From assembly GCA_035353695.1 (NCBI GenBank), contig DAOQAB010000005.1, forward strand, positions 6,114 through 70,113: a stretch of DNA of 64,000 bases, written 5' to 3'. How positions within the stretch are numbered: the first letter of the stretch is position 1; the number at the start of each line of letters is the position of its first letter. A model generated the notes under the pieces. That model made no database searches. It was not told the DNA's origin and worked only from the letters and a program-made list of their open reading frames with translations. Of the stretch, positions 36,434 to 46,600 are shown one piece after another. This stretch comes from Prolixibacteraceae bacterium (GTDB lineage Bacteria > Bacteroidota > Bacteroidia > Bacteroidales > Prolixibacteraceae). A program made the position numbers and the translations under genes.

Positions 36434-37670
36434 TACTTAATGGTAAACAGATAATAAACGTGGTGCCTGCATTTTTAGAGCTTAAAACTTCAATTTTCCC
36501 AGCATATTGTTCAACCAGTTTTTTTACATAGGTAAGGCCCAGTCCGAAGCCTTTTACATTATGGACATCGCCCGTCGAAACGCGGTAATATTTTTCAAAA
36601 ATGTTCCCGATCTCTTTTTTGTCAATTCCAATTCCATTGTCCTTCACCTTTATGATCAGTTCATTGGTTGTGCTTTCCGAAGAAATAACGATGTGTGGGG
36701 CAACTTCAGAATATTTGATGGCATTGTCGATCAAATTGGAAATAATCAGTTTGATGTGATCGGGTGCGGCTTGGATGGTGTGTTTGGATGCAGTGAGTTT
36801 TAACTCTATTTTCCCCTTTTCACTTTCCAACCGGGTGGAAAACTCGGCAACGGTTGAGGCAATAATCGAATGAACATCAACTTCTTCGGTGTTGATGTGG
36901 TTGTTGCTATTGCAGGTTACCTTCAGGATCTCATCCACATGTTTCTCCAACCGGCTGTTTTCATTCTGGATTACGGTCAGGTACTCCAAGATCTTTTCAT
37001 CGTGAATGGATTTTTCTTTTTTTCGGATCAGGCTGGTTGCCAGACGAATGTTTGAAAGTGGCGTTTGAAATTCATGAACCATGTTGTTGATGAAGTCGGA
37101 TGTTTGTCGTCCCATCATTCGTTCTTTTTTAAACATCGTAAAGGTGATGATGAAGGAGACCATTACAAAAATGACAGCCAGGAACGCCAGTAAGAAGGCG
37201 CCTTTGAGTTGGGCCAGCAGAAACTTGTTGCGGTCGGGAAATTGTAACCTGATCTGGATCCCGTCTTTTTCGAGCATCCCGTTCAAACTTTGAAGATAGC
37301 ATTTGGATCCGAAAATTTTGGAAGGGTTTTTCCTCAATGCCGAATCGGTAATGTTGAACGTGTATTCCAAATCAATGTGGTAAAGATTCAGCTTTGATTT
37401 AATGATGTTGTCGAGTTCTTCAATTTTTTGTTGTTTTACAGCGTATTGGCAGGGGTGTCCGCACAGGTAGTTTTTCATATCGCTGCATTTGGATACCGTA
37501 TTGCCAATTTCAAGCCGGGCTTCAATCAATGCTTTATTGACCTGCTGGTTGAAGTTCTCCTCCTCGAGCCTGGCAACTTTGAAAAGCCAGTAAACCTGAA
37601 CAGCAAGCAACACGATTAACGCAATAAAAGTGAGTATTGCCAAATATCGTTGTCGGTTATCTTTTTTCAT
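36420..37670 (-). CDS. sensor histidine kinase with Cys-containing periplasmic loop
   Basis: Two TM segments flank a loop of about 130 aa that contains C-x7-C-x3-C (KCSDMKNYLCGHPCQY) plus one more Cys. The H-box is HEFQTPLSNI and the ATPase motif is GFGLGLTYVKKL. Confidence 0.85.
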   Translation of the reverse strand: MKKDNRQRYLAILTFIALIVLLAVQVYWLFKVARLEEENFNQQVNKALIEARLEIGNTVSKCSDMKNYLCGHPCQYAVKQQKIEELDNIIKSKLNLYHIDLEYTFNITDSALRKNPSKIFGSKCYLQSLNGMLEKDGIQIRLQFPDRNKFLLAQLKGAFLLAFLAVIFVMVSFIITFTMFKKERMMGRQTSDFINNMVHEFQTPLSNIRLATSLIRKKEKSIHDEKILEYLTVIQNENSRLEKHVDEILKVTCNSNNHINTEEVDVHSIIASTVAEFSTRLESEKGKIELKLTASKHTIQAAPDHIKLIISNLIDNAIKYSEVAPHIVISSESTTNELIIKVKDNGIGIDKKEIGNIFEKYYRVSTGDVHNVKGFGLGLTYVKKLVEQYAGKIEVLSSKNAGTTFIICLPLSNETN

Positions 37671-37711
37671 TGGTGCAAAAATAAATAAAAAAATAGCGGA
37701 ATCAGCTTATT

Positions 37712-37748
37712 TAACAACGTATTAACACGGAATAACAGCGCTATAACA
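37712..37748. promoter_or_regulatory. four direct [A/T][A/T]TAACA repeats spaced 11/10/11 bp (candidate response-regulator operator)
   Basis: TAACA occurs at 37712, 37723, 37733 and 37744. The repeats lie between the divergent kinase operon and the mini-protein gene, just upstream of a -7 box. Confidence 0.45.
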
Positions 37749-37769
37749 TTCGGAGAAGATGGCGAGCCT

Positions 37770-37777
37770 TATCTTTG
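37770..37777 (+). promoter_or_regulatory. candidate -7 box TAtcTTTG for the Cys-rich mini-protein gene
   Basis: An exact TAnnTTTG match lies 33 nt upstream of the ATG at 37811. Confidence 0.4.
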
Positions 37778-37810
37778 TTCTCGTTAATAACCAATAAAAA
37801 TTAAAAAGTT

Positions 37811-38119
37811 ATGAAAAGACAAATCATTTTGGCAATTGTCGTTCTGTTTACAATAGCCCTTTTTGCCCCGGCAGTTTCGTATGCAACACAAACCCAAAAT
37901 CAGGTGGTAACTGTTGATAATAAAGAGAAAAAGGAGGTAACAAAAACAACGACTGAAACAGCAAAACAGGATCAGTCGACAACCGGTGCAACCAAACCAT
38001 GCTGCGATAAACAAAAGGCTTGCTGTGATAAGGAGAAAAAGTCGGAGTGTTGCAAAAAGAGTGATGCGAAACAATGTGCAGGGCAGAAATCTTGTGCCGA
38101 CACAAAGAAGACAAAATAA
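37811..38119 (+). CDS. secreted 102-aa Lys- and Cys-rich mini-protein (three CC pairs), function unknown
   Basis: It has a Sec signal MKRQIILAIVVLFTIALFAPAVSYA. The mature tail reads KPCCDKQKACCDKEKKSECCKKSDAKQCAGQKSCADTKKTK. It has its own -7 box and terminator. Confidence 0.65.
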   Translation: MKRQIILAIVVLFTIALFAPAVSYATQTQNQVVTVDNKEKKEVTKTTTETAKQDQSTTGATKPCCDKQKACCDKEKKSECCKKSDAKQCAGQKSCADTKKTK

Positions 38120-38142
38120 GATTATTGATTGTAAAGTTCATA

Positions 38143-38171
38143 CACCCTGTCTGAGAAGGCAGGGTTTTTTA
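38143..38171 (+). terminator. rho-independent terminator after the mini-protein gene
   Basis: The stem pairs CCCTG (38145-38149) with CAGGG (38160-38164) and is followed by TTTTTT. Confidence 0.55.
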
Positions 38172-38184
38172 TTGCTGTTTTTAG

Positions 38185-38192
38185 TACCTTTG
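38185..38192 (+). promoter_or_regulatory. candidate -7 box TAccTTTG for obg
   Basis: An exact TAnnTTTG match lies 20 nt upstream of the obg ATG. Confidence 0.35.
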
Positions 38193-38212
38193 GCCAAATT
38201 ATAAGAGAGTAT

Positions 38213-39202
38213 ATGGCTGAGACCAATTTTGTTGATTACGTAAAAATCTTTTTCAGATCGGGCAATGGAGGTCCCGGTTCGACTCATTTCCGCCGCGAAA
38301 AGTTTGAACCCAAAGGTGGTCCCGATGGGGGCGATGGCGGACGCGGAGGGCATATTATCCTTCGGGGCAACGCTCAGATGTGGACCTTGCTTCATTTGAA
38401 ATACCGGAAGCACATTTTTGCCGGACATGGAGAGTCGGGTGGACGTCAGTGCAGCTTTGGTGCCGATGGCGAAGATATCATTGTGGAAGTACCGCTTGGA
38501 ACCGTGGTGAAAGATGCCGAAACAGAAGAGTTCATCATGGAAATTACGCAGGATGGCGAAGAAAAAATCCTGATGCAAGGTGGCCGTGGCGGGCAGGGAA
38601 ATACCCACTTCAAGTCGGCAACCCACCAGGCGCCCCGCTTTGCTCAGCCCGGCGAGCCATTGGAAGAGGGAATGAGAATTCTGGAGCTGAAAATATTGGC
38701 CGATGTTGGTTTGGTCGGTTTTCCCAGTGCGGGAAAGTCAACGCTGCTTTCAGTGGTTTCGGCTGCAAAACCCAAAATTGCCGATTATCCCTTCACTACG
38801 CTGGTTCCTAATTTGGGAATTGTCTCTTATCGCGACAACCAGTCGTTTGTGATGGCCGACATCCCCGGGATTATCGAAGGGGCACACGAAGGCCGTGGCC
38901 TTGGGTTGCGGTTTTTGAGGCACATCGAGCGCAATTCCATTTTACTCTTTATGGTTTCAGCCGACAGCAAAGATCATTTGAAGGAATACAACGTTTTGTT
39001 GAACGAATTGGAAATGTATAATCCCGAGCTGATTGATAAACAACGGTTGCTGGCCATCTCAAAATCCGATTTGCTCGACGACGAGCTGATGAATGAAATT
39101 AGTCAGGAGTTTAAGCATGTTCCGCACATTTTTATATCTTCGATCACTGGATACAATATCACAAAGTTGAAGGATCGTATCTGGCAAATGTTAAATAGTT
39201 AG
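38213..39202 (+). CDS. obg: GTPase Obg/CgtA
   Basis: The Gly-rich Obg fold reads GGDGGRGG. GTPase motifs are G1 [12 protein letters not shown]3 DIPGIIEGA and a G4-like SKSD. Confidence 0.9.
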   Translation: MAETNFVDYVKIFFRSGNGGPGSTHFRREKFEPKGGPDGGDGGRGGHIILRGNAQMWTLLHLKYRKHIFAGHGESGGRQCSFGADGEDIIVEVPLGTVVKDAETEEFIMEITQDGEEKILMQGGRGGQGNTHFKSATHQAPRFAQPGEPLEEGMRILELKILADVGLVGFPSAGKSTLLSVVSAAKPKIADYPFTTLVPNLGIVSYRDNQSFVMADIPGIIEGAHEGRGLGLRFLRHIERNSILLFMVSADSKDHLKEYNVLLNELEMYNPELIDKQRLLAISKSDLLDDELMNEISQEFKHVPHIFISSITGYNITKLKDRIWQMLNS

Positions 39203-39203
39203 G

Positions 39204-39893
39204 ATGATGGCTTTCCCTGGTTGGTTAAACAATATTGACACCCAATTTTTTCTGTCAGTAAACGGATGTCACTCAAAATATTTTGATGCATTTTTTACGT
39301 TGTTTACCAATATGGTAACCTGGATTCCCTTTTACCTTCTGATCTTGTACCTGATTATCAAGAAATACAATCAACACGGTTTTTGGGTCGTTCTGTTTCT
39401 GATTGCGTCTCTCGTGTTAAGCGATCAGCTATCGGTTTTGATCAAGGTATTGGTCGAACGGTTACGTCCTTCGCACGAACCGCTGCTGCTGGGTAAAGTG
39501 AATTTGCCTGTTGGTGAAGGTGGAATGTATGGTTTTGTATCGTCGCATGCTGCCAATGTATTTGCCTTTACGGTTCTGTTGGGATCGCTGGCAAAGAACC
39601 GCCGTTTAGTAGCCCTTCTGGTTGGCTGGTCGCTGGTCACCATCTATTCCCGTGTCTATGTGGGTGTGCATTATCCGCTGGATGTTTTTTGCGGCTCTCT
39701 GCTGGGGATCCTGGTCGGGTGGGGGATGTACAAATTGCTGATGTGGTTCGATTTTAGGTTTCAGGGCAAAAAAATATTCTATTCCGGGCATTGGAAAGAC
39801 AACGAAGTGAAGCCGGCTTTAATGGCCATGTTGTTTATTGTTGTAACACTTTTGCTTGTTTCGAGACTGATTGTACGTTATTATATTCAGTAA
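39204..39893 (+). CDS. PAP2-family lipid phosphatase (integral membrane)
   Basis: PAP2 motifs are KVLVERLRPS, SSHAAN and SRVYVGVHYPLDV. It has multiple TM segments and starts 1 nt after the obg stop. Confidence 0.8.
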   Translation: MMAFPGWLNNIDTQFFLSVNGCHSKYFDAFFTLFTNMVTWIPFYLLILYLIIKKYNQHGFWVVLFLIASLVLSDQLSVLIKVLVERLRPSHEPLLLGKVNLPVGEGGMYGFVSSHAANVFAFTVLLGSLAKNRRLVALLVGWSLVTIYSRVYVGVHYPLDVFCGSLLGILVGWGMYKLLMWFDFRFQGKKIFYSGHWKDNEVKPALMAMLFIVVTLLLVSRLIVRYYIQ

Positions 39894-39898
39894 AATTC

Positions 39899-41692
39899 AT
39901 GATGCCTGATCTATTTCAACTCTATTCTTCTCGGATTGAATCGTTTAAAAAAGACTTAGCAACGCTGCGTAAAGAAATCTTCCTGATTAATTCCGGAAGA
40001 TTGATTGCTTTTTTAATCCTGGCGATTTCTCCATTTAAGCTTTATCCGGTCAATCATTTGTTGGGGATTGTTGTCCCGCTTCTTTTCCTGATTGGTTTTC
40101 TTATTCTGGTAAAAAGAAATAGTGTGGTAATTGAGAAGAAACGGTTTTTGGAAAATCTCATCTGCATCAATCAAAATGAGCTGGATGGTTTGTCGCATCA
40201 GTTTTCAATGTTTGCTGATGGTTCCGAATTCATTAACCCCGATCATATCAACTCTTACGATCTCGATCTTTTCGGAAAGGGGTCGTTATTCCAGTTTATA
40301 AACCGAACGGTTACGCTGAATGGGAAAAAGCGGCTGGCGAATCTGTTTGAAAACCCTTTTACCGATCGGTCGAAAATTACACAGCGGCAGGAGCTGATTG
40401 CGGAACTGGCTTCTGATTACGAATGGAGGCAACATTTTGCTGCAACCGGAATGCTGTATGTGGACGATGCTAGCGAAACGGCAGTGTTTGAGAAGTGGGG
40501 CAGGGAAAAATATCAGCTTCGGCTGGAGAAGGTTGTTCCTGTCGTATTGGTCATTCTGCCAGTCATTTCCCTTCTGACAATCCTCTATTGGATTTTTTAT
40601 GGAAGTGCGGCTCCTTTTATCTTTTCCGGGATTGTTCAGTCCATTGTTTGGTCGGTTGAAAAGAAAAACATTCAGCTCATTTACGCTCAATTTGGTAAGC
40701 GTGCCAACCGGTTGTCCCAGTCGGCTTCCCTTTTGGAAAAAATAGAAAAGCGCAATTGGCAATCGTCAGAGGGTACCTCTATTGTAGCTGAATTGAGAAA
40801 CAATGGGCTTCCTTCCCAGGAAGTTTCAAAGCTGAAAAGCATCATTTCTGCTTTTGATAACCGGAACAACATTCTGGTTGGTTTGTTTCTGAACCTTACC
40901 TGCCTGTGGGATGTTCTCTGCTCGTATCGATTGATCCGGTGGAACGAAAGGAACCGGACCAATTTTCAACGATGGGATTCGTATATCTCCTTTTTTGATG
41001 CGGTCAGTTCTTTTTCCAATTTTGCATTTAACCATCCCCAATATGGCTATCCAGGTTTTTCTGATCGGCCTTTTTCGATAGATGCTGAAGCGTTGGGGCA
41101 CCCGTTGATTCGTCCCGAAAAGAGGGTTACCAATGATTTCCTGATGAAAGATCCCCGGCAACTGGTGATTGTAACCGGTGCCAACATGGCTGGTAAAAGC
41201 ACTTTTTTACGAACAGTCGGTGTAAATATGATTTTGGCTATGAATGGAGCTCCTGTTTGTGCCCGACAGATGACCTTTACTCCGGTTGAGGTGTTTTCCA
41301 ATATGCGGACAACCGATTCACTTTTTGATGATGAATCCTATTTTTTTGCCGAGCTTAAGCGCCTGAAGTCGATTCTGGAGGCTTTGCAGAAGGGAACTCC
41401 CACGCTCATTATTCTTGACGAAATTCTGAAAGGGACCAATTCGGTGGATAAGCTGGCGGGTTCTCAAAAATTGCTGCGGAAATTAATTGCGCAGAAAACA
41501 CCGGCTATTATTGCCACACACGATTTGAAACTGACTGAAATGGAGAGCGAATTCCCGGATCTTATCCAGAATAGCTGCTTTGAGATCGCCATTGAAAACG
41601 ACGAAATGCACTTCGATTATACACTCCGTGCCGGTGTTACCCAAATGATGAATGCCACTTTCCTGATGCGAAAGATGGGGATTATCGATTAG
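39899..41692 (+). CDS. membrane-anchored MutS-related ATPase (domain V only)
   Basis: Walker A TGANMAGKSTFLR, Walker B LIILDEILKGTN and ATHD. The N-terminal half has two pairs of hydrophobic helices and no mismatch-binding domain. The ATG at 39899 lies 5 nt after the PAP2 stop. Confidence 0.8.
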   Translation: MMPDLFQLYSSRIESFKKDLATLRKEIFLINSGRLIAFLILAISPFKLYPVNHLLGIVVPLLFLIGFLILVKRNSVVIEKKRFLENLICINQNELDGLSHQFSMFADGSEFINPDHINSYDLDLFGKGSLFQFINRTVTLNGKKRLANLFENPFTDRSKITQRQELIAELASDYEWRQHFAATGMLYVDDASETAVFEKWGREKYQLRLEKVVPVVLVILPVISLLTILYWIFYGSAAPFIFSGIVQSIVWSVEKKNIQLIYAQFGKRANRLSQSASLLEKIEKRNWQSSEGTSIVAELRNNGLPSQEVSKLKSIISAFDNRNNILVGLFLNLTCLWDVLCSYRLIRWNERNRTNFQRWDSYISFFDAVSSFSNFAFNHPQYGYPGFSDRPFSIDAEALGHPLIRPEKRVTNDFLMKDPRQLVIVTGANMAGKSTFLRTVGVNMILAMNGAPVCARQMTFTPVEVFSNMRTTDSLFDDESYFFAELKRLKSILEALQKGTPTLIILDEILKGTNSVDKLAGSQKLLRKLIAQKTPAIIATHDLKLTEMESEFPDLIQNSCFEIAIENDEMHFDYTLRAGVTQMMNATFLMRKMGIID

Positions 41693-41862
41693 GTATTATT
41701 GAAAAAACCATTTGGAATATCGACACTATTTTGTTTCATAACCTTGGTTGTCCAAAGCGCGCCTCAATATATCAAACCTTATTATTTTTAGTTCGATCAT
41801 CAAAATTTTATCCTTCCTAGCTTTCCGGATAGATTCAGAATCATTCTGTTTCAGAGTTAAGC

Positions 41863-41894
41863 AAAAAAAAGCATCACGAATGTGATGCTTTTTT
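41863..41894. terminator. bidirectional terminator between the MutS-like gene and susD
   Basis: The sequence is an A8 run, GCATCAC, a GAAT loop, GTGATGC, then a T6 run. The 7-bp stem is perfect. Confidence 0.7.
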
Positions 41895-41915
41895 AAATAT
41901 CTAATTGTATATTAA

Positions 41916-43583
41916 TTAGTAAGCTGTGTACTGTTGTAAATTGCCCTGGCTTAAGTCAATTTCACGCTGGGGCAGTGGTTGGTATTCGTTTTTGCCTCTT
42001 TCGAATACTCGGTTCTGGAAGTTGCTGTACGATGGTTTGTTTAACAGGTCGTAAGCCATATTCCAGCGAACGATGTCATAAAAACGATGTCCTTCGCAGG
42101 CAAATTCTAACCGGCGTTCATGTACAATGTCGGCCAGTGTGATGCTGGTCAGGGCTGCTGGTTTACCGGTGTTTCCGCACATGCGGGCACGCTCTCTTAC
42201 TTTGTTGATATAACCAAGGGCTACATCGGTTTTGTTAAGGGCTAATGCAGCTTCTGCAGCCATGAGGTACACATCGGAGAAGCGGATCAACTTAATGTTG
42301 CAAGGAGCAGAGTTCCATGTTTTTGAAACTTTCTCGAATTGTTCTGCTGAACATTCCCATTTCCGTTGATAGGTTTTGGTTACACTGTTTTCGAAAGAGA
42401 TGGGGAATGTTGCCCCGCTTACAATTTGGTATCCAATGCTATCGCCACCTTCCCAAGTCATGGTTGTCCTCAAACGGGGATCTTCCAAACCAAATGCGGT
42501 GATCAAATCGGGATGAGGTAATCCAAGGCCCCATTCGGTCGTTGAGGTTTTTACCCCTTTTTCATTGATGTAGTAGCGGGCACAAGTCCAGCGGGTAAAC
42601 GATGAACCACGTGAATCGTTATAAGCTTCACCATCTTCAAGCGAATTGATTTCAAATACGTTCTCGGGACAGTTGTCTCCTTCTACCGTGAAGATGTAAC
42701 GATAACCATCGGTATTGGGACCACGCCAGGTGTTGTATTTTTCGCCATTGATACCAACTAATTCATATTTACCTGAATTGATTACTTTTTCAGCATATTC
42801 CAACACATCGCTCCAACGTTCATTCAGTTTCGTGTAACGAGGATCGGAACCGCCATAATATTTGGCATACGAAGATTCAAAAAGATAGGTACGGGCCAGT
42901 AATGCCTGAGCGGCACCTTTGGTTGCACGTCCAATTTCCCAATTGCTGGCACCTCTTTCGGGCAATAGTTCTATGGCATCTTTCAGGTCTTTTTCAATCA
43001 GATCGTAGATGTCGCGCAGGTTTGAACGGCCCATGCTGTATTCCGATGAACCCAATACATGATCAACCAGAGGTACTTCACCAAAAATTTCGGACAGGTA
43101 AAAGAAATTGATGGCACGGATAAATTTGGCTTCACCAATTCGTTTGTTCAATAAATCTTGGTCAAAATTATCCGGATCCGTTTCTTTGGTAATATTTGGA
43201 AGCTTTGCAATACAGATATTGGCAAAGTTTATCCCCCGGTAAAGAGTCCCGTATACATCATCCAAATAGGTTATGGATGGTTCAACTCCGAAATAGTCTA
43301 ATTTCTCTGCGTCAGGAACTTCATTGACATAATCGCCTCCGGCTTCACCGTCGTCAGATGTTACGTCGCCAAAATAGGTGAGAATATCACGATCCCATAC
43401 GGCGATGTTGTTGAATTGAGAGTATGCAGCTGTTACAGCCTGTTTGGCATCCTGCATGGTTTTATAGAAAGCGGATTCGTCGCTTGCAGCGACCGGATTC
43501 AGATCAAGATAATCACTGCTACAACTGTTTGCGATTAAACCCCAAAACAGCAGTGACATGTAAATTAATATTTTATTTTTCAT
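41916..43583 (-). CDS. SusD/RagB family lipoprotein
   Basis: Lipobox LIANSCSSDYLDLNP and the C-terminal block RLEFACEGHRFYDIVRW...YQPLP. Confidence 0.9.
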   Translation of the reverse strand: MKNKILIYMSLLFWGLIANSCSSDYLDLNPVAASDESAFYKTMQDAKQAVTAAYSQFNNIAVWDRDILTYFGDVTSDDGEAGGDYVNEVPDAEKLDYFGVEPSITYLDDVYGTLYRGINFANICIAKLPNITKETDPDNFDQDLLNKRIGEAKFIRAINFFYLSEIFGEVPLVDHVLGSSEYSMGRSNLRDIYDLIEKDLKDAIELLPERGASNWEIGRATKGAAQALLARTYLFESSYAKYYGGSDPRYTKLNERWSDVLEYAEKVINSGKYELVGINGEKYNTWRGPNTDGYRYIFTVEGDNCPENVFEINSLEDGEAYNDSRGSSFTRWTCARYYINEKGVKTSTTEWGLGLPHPDLITAFGLEDPRLRTTMTWEGGDSIGYQIVSGATFPISFENSVTKTYQRKWECSAEQFEKVSKTWNSAPCNIKLIRFSDVYLMAAEAALALNKTDVALGYINKVRERARMCGNTGKPAALTSITLADIVHERRLEFACEGHRFYDIVRWNMAYDLLNKPSYSNFQNRVFERGKNEYQPLPQREIDLSQGNLQQYTAY

Positions 43584-43620
43584 ATTGAATTATTTTTCAA
43601 GTTTATACAATGAGCTACTG

Positions 43621-46600
43621 TTAGAAACCGATATTTAAACCCACGTAGAACATTTTCGTAGTTGGGTAAACACCCAGGTCAACACCCGATTCGAGTACAC
43701 TGGTAGAACCACTTTGTGGCTGGATACCTGCAACCTCCGGGCTAAATCCGGTGTATTTGGTAAGGGTGAAAAGATTCTTGGCACCCACATAAACGCGAAC
43801 TTTTTCAAGTTTGATCTTTGAAATGATGTTCTGTGGAACAGAATACCCCAGTACCAGGTTTTTCAACATCAGGTAAGAACCATCTTCAATAAAGAATTCC
43901 GATAACATGGAATAGTTATCAGAAGCATTCCTTGGAATATCGGTGTCGAGATTCTGGTGCAGAACAACCATGTCGTTGCCATTGGCGTCTTTCTTTACGA
44001 GATCACTTTCTACATACCGGTTGGCAAAATCTTTACAGTGGTTGCCGTTGCCTTGCAAATAATAGGTGTATTGTCTTGTGCCGTTTAAGATTTTATTGCC
44101 CAGTGTTCCGTTGAAGAATGCAGACAAGTCAAACCCTTTGTATTCTAAGTTGATAGAAAAACCATAGATCAATTTTGGAAGTGGACTTCCTAAGTTCACG
44201 CGGTCATCGGTGCTGATTTTTCCATCACCAGTAACGTCTTTATAACGAACATCACCCGGTTTTGCATTGGGTTGGGCAAAGGTTTTCTTACCATTGGACT
44301 CAATGTACGGTTGGTTGGTAATGTAGGTGCGGGCTCCAATTTTTTCCTGAGGGTCAGTCTCCCTGAACAGACCATTGCCCTGGCTCCTGTCCCAAAGATA
44401 GCCATAGAACTGTGCAATTGGTTGTCCTACACAAGTAATGTTGGTTGGTTGTAATACGTGTACGCGGCCAACAAGCATGGAGTCGGTCGATAACGATAAT
44501 ACTTCATTTTTTACTCCGGTTAAGTTCAGATCGATCGATCCTTTCAGGTCACCCTCTTTCTTGCGGGCAGTAATCGTAATTTCAAAACCTGAATTCTTGA
44601 TGCTACCAACGTTTGTTTCAGGATTGCTACCATTGTAAGTTCCTGCTGTACGTGAAACTTCTGTGAGCATCAACATACCATCATTTACTTTCCTGAATAA
44701 ATCTCCGGTGAATGAGAGCCGGTTGTTAAAGAAGGAAATATCGACGCCTAAGTTTGACATGTTAATAGATTCCCAGTGGATATCAGGGTTTGGAATCTGA
44801 TAAGGGCCTGTACCAATTTCACTGGTTGAATTGTCGAAAGAATATTGGAAATTGCTCCTTGATTCTACCTGAGCTAAGTATGGGAACCCAGACTTGGCGT
44901 TGGCACCGGTCTGTCCGTAACCGAAACGAAGTTTACCGAAGCTGATGGCTTCAATGTTTTTCATGAAACTTTCTTCCGAGAATTTCCATCCCAATGAAAA
45001 TGATGGGAAGTTACCCCAACGATAATTGGGTCCAAAACTGCTCGATCCGTCACGACGGATATTTACGGTCAAAAGGTATTTGCCTTTGTAATCATAGTTT
45101 AATCGGCCAAAATAAGCTAATCCTGCTGAATTATTACCGGTACCCTGAACATTTTGAATATCGGATGTTCCATCGGTTGATGTATTAAAATACAACATCC
45201 AGGGGTCTGTACTTGGAATGCTTGCACGTGTTCCGCTGATATCATAATACCACCATTTGTTGGCTTCCATACCAACCATGGCCGAGATGTTGTGATCATT
45301 GGCAATGGTGGTTTGGTAATTGAGGATGTTCTGGAAGTTATAGGAAAGATCCCTTCTCATGCTTCCAATCAATAAGTCAGCTGTATTGTTGATGGTTGCT
45401 GTATAGAAATACTTTGCCTGATACTCTTTTGTGTCTCCGAAATTAAGTTTTCCGTTGAAGCGGCTGGTGAAATCCAATCCTTTAAGAATGTTGATTTTCA
45501 CGCCAAAATTACCTTCAAAGTTGTTCTGTTTTGCAATGCGGTTTTGCATATCGAGATCGACCAGTGGATTTTCAAGGCTCCAGTTGGAAACGCCCCAATT
45601 CTTCGTTGTGTTACTGCTTGGATCATAATCGGGTACACTTGGGTCCATCCTCAATGTGTTGTACATCGGGTTTGAGTAGTAGTTGTGCCACATCCATTCC
45701 GGCATGCCTTTGTTAACCGTGTTTACGAACGATATTTTTTCATCGAACGTAATGTGTTTGGTGATTTTATGTTCTGAATTGATTCGGAAAGTAAAACGCT
45801 GATAGTCGGTGTTTTTAACAATACCTTCCTGTTGGCTGTAACTGGCACTGATCAGAATGTTTGATACGTCATTCCCTCCCGAAGTTGAAATGTCGTAATT
45901 TTGGCTGATTGCAGGATTGAAAACCATGCTTTGCCAATCGTAGGTTTTCAATGTGTCGGGGCGTGAATTTAAGGCTACTTTACCTTTTGCATCGATTTCT
46001 TCGTTTACGCCCATCCATTCCTGAGAGTTCATCATTTCAATTTTCTTGGCAACCGATTCAATTCCGCTGTAAGCATTGAAACTTGTTTTCATTTTACCTG
46101 CATTTCCTTTTTTGGTTGTAACCAAAATAACGCCATTACCACCGGTTGAACCGTAAATAGCGGCAGAAGAAGCATCTTTCAAAACTTCGATAGAAGCAAT
46201 ATCGTTAGGGTTAAGAGTATTTAAATCGCCGGAAACACCGTCAACAATTACCAACGGTTGTGTTCCGTTGATTGAACTGATACCACGGATTTTGATGTCG
46301 ACACCTTCACCCGGGCGACCAGATTTTGAGGTAATATTAACACCGGCAGCTTGTCCCTGCATGGCTTGTTCAATATTGGCCATTGGCATTTTGGTGAGGC
46401 TTTCTCCGGATACGGAAGAAACAGCACCTGTGAGGTCGCTTTTCTTTTGTACACCGTAGCCAGTTACCACCACTTCGTCGAGGCCCATGACATCTTCGCT
46501 CAAAGCAACATTAATGGAGGTTTGGCTTCCAACCAATACTTCTTTTTTGGTATAACCGACGAAACTGAAAACCAGTACATCTTTATCGGATGCCATGATC

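Noticed and set aside
37676-37683. A perfect TAttTTTG -7 box on the minus strand upstream of the sensor kinase gene.
   Set aside because: It ends only 5 nt before the ATG at 37670, so it would imply a leaderless transcript. That is possible, but too uncertain to list as a feature.
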